5,617 nt of DNA, taken from the NCBI GenBank assembly GCA_033442325.1, contig JAWQFM010000001.1, positions 22,335 to 27,951 on the forward strand, given 5' to 3'. The translations under genes were made by a program, and so were the position numbers. Positions 1 through 5,617 of the stretch are shown here, piece by piece (within the stretch, counting starts at the first letter, position 1; every line of letters starts with the position of its first letter). The notes beneath the pieces were generated by a model that was not told where the DNA came from, did not search any database, and was given only the letters and a program-made list of their open reading frames with translations. The DNA is from Salpingoeca rosetta (taxonomy: Eukaryota > Protista > Choanoflagellata).

Positions 1-599
1 CGTAGTCGTCAAGCTTGTGCGCTTCTGCGGGAGGTGTTGCTGGTGGAACAACAATGGGCACAATGGCGTTGGGGCGGCATCTGGGGTCTGTTGTTGGGCG
101 GAGATGGCACAGGTCAAACTGCTCTGTGGGGGATCATGGTGCGGTTTAGGGTCAGGTCCAGCGCCCACAGGGCAACCCTGCCTCGCGAAACGCTGCTTGA
201 AACAGTGAGCAGGTGCTGGTGATCGCACATGGCCATGTCATCTGCTCTGTCATTGCGATGCAATATGGTGGTGTGCTGGCCCGTACTGTAGTCGCACTTG
301 ATCACGCTCTAAACAGAGTTGACGAACAAGATGCTGCTGCGACGGGCAAAGACACCAAACTTGACCGGAGCGTTTCTGCTCACTTTGAGCTTGCTGAGGA
401 CATTGTGGTTGGCGACGTCACACACAAACACGTCACCTCGCGCAGTGTCAATCGCCAGCAGGCTGTCATCAGTTGGGTGCGCGGCCATGGTGGCGGCGGT
501 CATGTTGGCGTTCAGCTCTGCCTCGTTCACAAACAAGTCATCCAACACTGCTACACGCGTCAGCGCACTGCTCACACCACTACTGCTGCCGTTTACGTG

Positions 600-677
600 C
601 TGCTGCTGTTGTTGTTGCTGCTGCTACTGCTGCTCCTGCTGCTGCTGTTGTTGTTGCTGGTGATGGTGGTGGTGGTG
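600..677 (-). repeat. Trinucleotide tract encoding His6-Gln8-Glu-Gln2-stop-Gln8 inside the WD40 relic
   Basis: The minus strand reads (CAC/CAT)6 then CAG/CAA codons with one GAG and one TAG (626-624), in the same frame as the flanking WD40 peptides. Confidence 0.9.
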
Positions 678-824
678 ATCAATGGCACAGACGTACACTG
701 TGTTTCCGCACGCGCTAGCAAGTTTGTTGCTGCTGTCCGCAAACGCTGCGATGTGCGGGACACGAACGCCCGTGACCTCTTCGGGTTGTGCCAACGTCGC
801 ACGATCAACACAAACGGGCGTGTC

Positions 825-852
825 GTTGTTGTTGTTGCTGTTGTTGTTGTTG
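825..852. repeat. (GTT)n trinucleotide tract; poly-Asn or poly-Gln linker on the minus strand
   Basis: gttgttgttgttgctgttgttgttgttg is directly visible, close to the frame change near 870. Confidence 0.85.
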
Positions 853-1935
853 GTGCCACTGCTGCTTGCCCTTCATGTTGTGTTGTTGCTGATCGTGTGA
901 TGTGAGGGTGCTGAGATCCCACACGCGCAAGTCGGTGGAGGTGGACGCAGTCACCAGGAAGCGGCCATCAGGGGTGACGCGCAACGCATCCACGGCAGTA
1001 CGCACGCGCTCCTTGCTCGCCGTTTCCGCCTCTACTTCCCCTCTCGCTTCTTCTCCTTGCATCGTCTCTTCGTCACTATCGACAGCATCTGTCCTCCACT
1101 CTGCAGCAGGGTCGATGGCTCACCAAGCTGCCACACGAGATGACACCCGCCTTGTTGTCCGCGATGTACAGAGTGGGCGTGACTGCCATGCAGCGCGTGT
1201 GCTCGGAGGTGGACGGCACGGCACGACCGCCATGCACTTGAGGTCTAGGACGCGGTGCAGCTTGCACTCCTAGGGCACGTTCTGCCACCTCTCGGTGACG
1301 CCATCGGACGCGGCAGCGCATGCAAGCTCAGCGCCAGGAAAGATCCCCGAAGATGACTGTGCGTTCAGCCTCATGTGCACCGAGGCCGCAGATGTTCACA
1401 CGGGAGTAGGGGAGTAAGAGGGGCCGATGAGGTGCTTGCCGTCCTTGGTCCACACCATGTCGGTTGCTGTGACGGGCACGTGCTGCTTGCATGTCAGCCT
1501 GTGCATGTCCCACACAAACGACTCAGCCACCAGCAGGCGGCCATCGGGGCTGACGCTGACGTAGGAGTAGCCTTCATGCCCAGAAGAAGCAGAAGGACAG
1601 CTGCCAGGAGGCCTCAGAGAGACAAGAGTAGGAGTGCGTGTCTGCTTGGCTGCTTGATATGCATAAGATCCTGGGAAGACTGGTGCTGAAATGGATGTGC
1701 GATGTATATTCGTGGTTTGTGTTGAGAGGGAAGTGTTGTTGGATGGATGAGTGGCTGTGTTGAATGTGCTCGATGGTGTGAGCCAAAAGAACTGAGCCAA
1801 CGCACGCAACGTGAACGGAACACGAAAGACAGGTCAAAGCACCAACAGAAGAGAAAGGAACAACTGTTGCAGTGGGAAGAGCAGCAGCTTAAGGATGTAC
1901 GTGTCGCACACACACACACACACATCACGGCTCAC

Positions 1936-1985
1936 CGCTTGATGTGGAGCTTGTTCTCCTCGCTCGGGTACTTGGTCGGGTGCAC
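1936..1985 (-). CDS. Exon of ubiquitin-activating enzyme E1 fragment (VHPTKYPSEENKLHIK-R)
   Basis: Acceptor ttcag|GTG at 1986/1985 and donor CG|gtgagc at 1936/1935. Phase 0 matches the upstream E1 exon (AAG|gt). Third codon positions are almost all G/C. Confidence 0.65.
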
Positions 1986-2115
1986 CTGAACATCATCGCA
2001 GATGAGGCAATGGCGTCAGCATAACACGACTGCACACAACCGCCACCACCCGACCCCAAGCAACCGCCACCACCACCTAACCCCAAAGCAAACAAGGCAC
2101 CCCACAGCCAGCCAC

Positions 2116-2216
2116 CTTGAAGACGCATGCGTAGATGTTGGCGGCGGCAATCAGAAACTCCTTGTGCAACGGATTCTGCGGATCAAACTCGAGCACCTCG
2201 GGGAAGATCTTGTGGC
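2116..2216 (-). CDS. UBA1: Exon of ubiquitin-activating enzyme E1 (UBA1/UBA6 family), catalytic cysteine half-domain region; probably an orphan fragment
   Basis: GHKIFPEVLEFDPQNPLHKEFLIAAANIYACVFK matches the E1 segment recalled from human UBA1, [30 protein letters not shown]. Acceptor atatag|GC at 2217/2216 and donor AAG|gtggct at 2116/2115. UBA1 versus UBA6 is not resolved. Confidence 0.8.
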
Positions 2217-2304
2217 CTATATGGGCACAACACACGAAAGGTGAGGAACAATGGAACGAGGCAAACACGCGATCAGTTGCGGTGTGGGTGGTGCTGCCAG
2301 AACG

Positions 2305-2305
<1 letters not shown>

Positions 2306-2401
<96 letters not shown>
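2306..2401. repeat. Perfect (AC)48 microsatellite in minus-strand intron 2414-2217
   Basis: Directly visible. On the minus strand it reads (GT)n starting about 13 nt after the donor at 2414. Confidence 0.98.
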
Positions 2402-2403
<2 letters not shown>

Positions 2404-2414
2404 GCGCTATTCAC

Positions 2415-2475
2415 CTGCGTGGAAGTTGAGGATCTGGTGGATGGGCCTGTAGAGACCGCTGATCTTGACGATCCC
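2415..2475 (-). CDS. Probable coding exon of unknown origin (GIVKISGLYRPIHQILNFHA)
   Basis: Acceptor gtgcag|GGG at 2476/2475 (alternative aag|GAA at 2494/2493) and donor CAG|gtgaat at 2415/2414. Strong G/C third-position bias. The phase 1 end fits the E1 exon at 2216. Confidence 0.55.
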
Positions 2476-2706
2476 CTGCACAACAACGCCTTCCTTGTAC
2501 ACGCACATCGGTGATGGTAAAGGTGATGGTGATGGCAGTGAGCGACAAGGGAGGGAAGTGAAGCCGAGGTCAAAAGTTCAGCATGCGCAGTGCGTCACCA
2601 CCTTCAATTCACCATGGCACCATCTTGCTTGATACACGATTTGGAAACACACGGTGTTACGCACACGCACGCTCACACATGCGCACATGCACAAGTACGC
2701 ACTCAC

Positions 2707-2797
2707 CTCAGGGCAGCTTGTGCAACAGGGGAAGATGATGATGCTCTCAAGTGGCACGCCCCTGGTGTCTGTATCTCACCATGCCGCAGTGCATGGC
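2707..2797 (-). other. Candidate exon, possibly decayed, product unknown
   Basis: Consensus donor GAG|gtgagt at 2707/2706 and acceptor gaccag| at 2798, just after a long CA tract on the minus strand. Only one frame is open and I recognise no motif. Confidence 0.35.
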
Positions 2798-2812
2798 CTG
2801 GTCAATCGAGGT

Positions 2813-2836
2813 TGTGTGTGTGAGAGAGAGAGAGTG

Positions 2837-2870
<34 letters not shown>

Positions 2871-2883
2871 CGAGGTTGTGTGT

Positions 2884-2947
<64 letters not shown>
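2813..2947. repeat. Compound (TG)n/(AG)n microsatellite
   Basis: Directly visible. Interrupted by a short (GA)n run and an internal second copy of cgaggttgtgtgtgtg. Confidence 0.97.
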
Positions 2948-2949
<2 letters not shown>

Positions 2950-3489
2950 GAGAGTGAGCGAGGGTGAGAAGCACATTGCCATTGCTATGGGTGAACGCTG
3001 TGCCTCGTCTGCAACAACACGAACACGTGATGTTGATTGTGATGTGCGGTCAACATGTCTGTTGACGAAAGGAAACAACTCATCAAAGCACAGCGCGTGT
3101 GGAAGAACAAACAAACCTGTGTGGTGGTGTTGTTGGCATTTCTTTGGCTGCTGCCTGCGGTGGTGCGGATGATGCTGGGCAGTGGCGGACGAGGAAAGCA
3201 ACCACAGCAACTACCACAGAAACAAAGCTGGTTGTAGAGAAGACAGCTCACACACACACATGTGAGTAAGAAGGGTGATGATGTGAGGGACAAGATCACA
3301 ACCATTGCCAACAACACCTGCAACAGCACAGTGAGGTGAGCGCAAAAGCGCAAGCCAACAATGACTAGAACATGTGAGCGACACTTTGGCTTCTTCACCT
3401 GTCGTTGATGTGCACCCTTGGTATGCCTGCCTTGTTTGGTGTGGGTGTCACGACGCAATGCGCTCGTCCGTCACTGCCCCCTCCCACCA

Positions 3490-3492
<3 letters not shown>

Positions 3493-3583
<91 letters not shown>
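3493..3583. repeat. Perfect (AC)45 microsatellite ending in a probable plus-strand acceptor (acacag, 3584)
   Basis: Directly visible. Sequence quality appears to collapse soon after it. Confidence 0.97.
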
Positions 3584-3584
<1 letters not shown>

Positions 3585-4043
3585 CCGCTGTGTGGGCCGC
3601 GGACCCTCCACGGGTTGCAAAATCAGGGGAAAAACAAATTTTTTTTGTTGGGGGGTGGTTGCCAAAAAACAGGTGTCTCCGGGGGTCCCCACCCACAAAA
3701 AAGTATTTTATTGGGGGGAGCCTTTTTAACATCCTCCCCATTTACCCCCCCCCCCCCAAAAAAAAAAAAAACACGACCTGATCCTCACCCTTTCTTTGGG
3801 CTAGGGAGGGCGGACGTCCGCGCAAAACCTGGAAACACGAGTTTCGCCCGGCTGGGACTGAAAATAAAAAAGGGGTTTCCAATCGTCATCACTTTTCTTT
3901 TTGCAAAAGAGGAGAGGGCTGGTCCTGGTTAAGGCCGAGAAGAAAGAGGAAAAAGATGACAAAACTGTGTGAATGTGATAGGAAAGTAATTAACAATGGG
4001 CTTCCCCGCCCGCTGGTGGCCGGTGGGTGTGGGTTTTTTCTAT
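3585..4043 (+). other. Low-quality read tail after the microsatellite; garbled copy of FANCD2-region sequence
   Basis: Abrupt homopolymer-rich composition. Shares collinear words with the post-gap sequence at an offset of about 655-662, for example ccaatcgtcatca at 3879-3891 and 4541-4553. Confidence 0.8.
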
Positions 4044-4325
4044 NNNNNNNNNNNNNNNNNNNNNNNNNNNNNNNNNNNNNNNNNNNNNNNNNNNNNNNNN
4101 NNNNNNNNNNNNNNNNNNNNNNNNNNNNNNNNNNNNNNNNNNNNNNNNNNNNNNNNNNNNNNNNNNNNNNNNNNNNNNNNNNNNNNNNNNNNNNNNNNNN
4201 NNNNNNNNNNNNNNNNNNNNNNNNNNNNNNNNNNNNNNNNNNNNNNNNNNNNNNNNNNNNNNNNNNNNNNNNNNNNNNNNNNNNNNNNNNNNNNNNNNNN
4301 NNNNNNNNNNNNNNNNNNNNNNNNN
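4044..4325. other. Assembly gap, 282 N
   Basis: Run of N. Confidence 1.
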
Positions 4326-4464
4326 GCTGTGTATCTGCGGAGTGATCCTCAGCCACTAAGTTCTTGGATTGCGACGCAGCCATTCCACCACCATCCCTCA
4401 CCCATCTCCCCCTCCCACACACACACACACCACGACCACCCTCATCCACACCCTTGCTGTGCAG

Positions 4465-5452
4465 TGTGGCGCCGGCACGCCTGCGCCAGATCTGCGATCA
4501 CGTGTTGGGCCAGCTTGGATCGCACAGTCCAGAGTGCCTCCCAATCGTCATCAAGTTTCGCATGCAGCAAGGTGGTGGCGGTACTGTTGAGGGCGGCGAG
4601 GAGTGGAAGATGATGCCATAGTGTGTGACTGTGTGATTGCGATCTCACACGCGCCCGCCTGCACGTGTCGCTGTGGCTTGTTCTCTCGCAGCCGATCCCT
4701 CACATGCCTTCACACACACACACACACGCACACATGCACGTTGACATTCAGCGGATGGAATGGACGTGAATCTGCTGACAGCGAACATGATCGCTGACTC
4801 CTCCACCATGCACACGGCCAGCACCAACAACGGGGTGATGATGACGATGTGTTTGTCTGTGGTGGCTGCCATCAAGAACGGGCTGGCATTTGATGCGCGC
4901 AGTGCAAAAGCGTGGCTGCGGCCAACTCAAGACGACAGTGGCCCAGCCGATCACCGCCCTCGACCTGCTTGTGCTGCTGCTTCACCACCAGAACGCCCAC
5001 CGCCGCAGCGCAGAGACCACCGTGATCAAGCTTGCAAGCACGGGCCGGCTCACCACCGCCATGGCTGTTGCCATGTTTGCCAGACACACGCGCGCGTTCT
5101 TGATGTGCTTCAAGTCGATTGTGCACATGGCGGACATCCTGAACCGGCAGCAGGAGGCCGCGTACCGCCACCTCGCCTCCACGGCCGGAGGTGGTTCGAG
5201 CACTGGTAGCGCACATTGGCACGGGGCAGGCACAGGAGGTGGACGCAGCCATGCCTGTGCTGCTACTGTCGCTGGCCACAGACCACCCGAAGCTGCTGCA
5301 CCCATTTGCGCTCATGCTGAACGGCATCCTGGACTGCCTGAGCAACCTGCACTTCATCCACATCTGGCAGCTCTTCCGTGTCCTGACCACGCTCACGTTT
5401 GACCGCCAGCGCATCCCCGCCGCAGGCCTCATTGACCACGAGAAGGAGGATG
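4465..5452 (+). pseudogene. FANCD2: Fanconi anemia group D2 protein, internal fragment with frameshifts. Exons 4465-4571 and 4752-5452
   Basis: Exon 4465-4571 gives VAPARLRQICDHVLGQLGSHSPECLPIVIKF (recalled human [31 protein letters not shown]). Phase 1 GT-AG intron 4572-4751. Then AIKNGLAFDARSAKAWLR/QLKTTVAQPITALDLLVLLL (human [28 protein letters not shown]) and EVVRALVAHIGTGQAQEVDAAMPVLL..LNGILDCLSNLHFIHIWQLFRVLTTLTF (human [54 protein letters not shown]). Frame changes at about 4922 and 5187. Probable donor at 5453 or 5457. Confidence 0.88.
4711..4735. repeat. Short (CA)n tract upstream of the FANCD2 acceptor at 4751
   Basis: cacacacacacacacacgcacacat is directly visible. Confidence 0.85.
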
Positions 5453-5460
5453 GTGTGTGA

Positions 5461-5463
<3 letters not shown>

Positions 5464-5507
<44 letters not shown>

Positions 5508-5521
5508 TGAGTGTGTGTGTG
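5464..5521. repeat. (TG)n microsatellite at the 5' end of a FANCD2 intron
   Basis: Directly visible, starting about 10 nt after the probable donor. Confidence 0.95.
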
Positions 5522-5617
5522 CATGAACTTGTGCGTTGGGGAAGGCGTGTTGGATAACATAATGTCCTTCCATGCAGAATGTCTCTCGCCCTTCACACAC
5601 ACCACCACCACCACCAC

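Larger units (their letters stand above)
1..1600 (-). pseudogene. Degenerate WD40/beta-propeller repeat gene; runs off the window at position 1
   Basis: WD40-like peptides lie in changing minus-strand frames: GHEGYSYVSVSPDGRLLVAESFVWDM, TDMVWTKDGKHLIG, RCMAVTPTLYIADNKAGVI, VDALRVTPDGRFLVTASTSTDLRVWDL, HIAAFADSSNKLASACGNTVYVCAID, AAHPTDDSLLAIDTARGDVFVCDV and RGRVALWALD. In-frame TAG stops at 1272-1270, 626-624 and 311-309. Frame changes near 1410, 1220, 1140 and 870, and in the G5 run at 128-132. No intron signals at these lesions. The 5' boundary is uncertain. Confidence 0.8.

Noticed and set aside
213-905. 230-aa plus-strand ORF with poly-Leu/Val, resembling a membrane protein
   Set aside because: It is the antisense shadow of the WD40 frame; the poly-Leu is the complement of the polyGln tract.
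309-1272. TAG read as Gln (alternative genetic code), suggested by TAG inside the polyGln run and two other in-frame TAGs
   Set aside because: The same relic has many frameshifts, and the E1 and FANCD2 exons contain no in-frame TAG. Ordinary decay explains it.
3055-3237. 60-aa ORF with a hydrophobic stretch (MSVDERKQLIK...)
   Set aside because: Short, no recognisable family and no coding-type codon bias compared with the true exons.
2077-3932. ORFs with HTHTHT or CVCVCV runs
   Set aside because: These are translations of dinucleotide microsatellites, which lack stop codons.
3600-4043. AT- and homopolymer-rich island as foreign DNA or a retroposon poly-A tail
   Set aside because: Better explained as a low-quality read duplicating 4326-4700.
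4326-4380. AVYLRSDPQPLSSW as a FANCD2 exon
   Set aside because: No convincing donor or similarity. The overlap analysis places it inside the intron ending at 4464.
1-5452. A functional ubiquitin/Fanconi gene cluster (E1, FANCD2 and a UAF1-like WD40 protein)
   Set aside because: All pieces are partial or disrupted, and the WD40 relic cannot be assigned to WDR48/UAF1. The thematic link is probably coincidence.
4872-5600. 242-aa and 107-aa minus-strand ORFs
   Set aside because: Antisense to FANCD2 coding sequence and partly made of repeat.
1-5617. CRISPR array, tRNA/rRNA, transposase or prokaryotic system
   Set aside because: No repeat-spacer pattern, RNA gene motif or transposase motif was seen, and the spliceosomal introns indicate eukaryotic DNA.

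Overview
Eukaryotic, intron-rich, GC-rich DNA with long (CA)n/(TG)n tracts in introns; the style resembles the choanoflagellate Salpingoeca rosetta (inference only). No intact gene is evident. The window is a mosaic of gene relics. (1) A decayed WD40-repeat gene on the minus strand (about 1600 to 1) with several stops and frameshifts and a His/Gln tract. (2) Two cleanly spliced minus-strand exons of a ubiquitin-activating enzyme E1 (2216-2116 and 1985-1936), preceded in frame by an exon that does not look like E1 and not followed by further E1 sequence. (3) An internal plus-strand piece of FANCD2 (4465-5452) with two frameshifts and deletions. Bases 3585-4043 look like a poor-quality read tail that partly duplicates the sequence after the 282-N gap, so the gap is probably a missed overlap. 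Protein similarities are judged from recalled family sequences, not from database searches.
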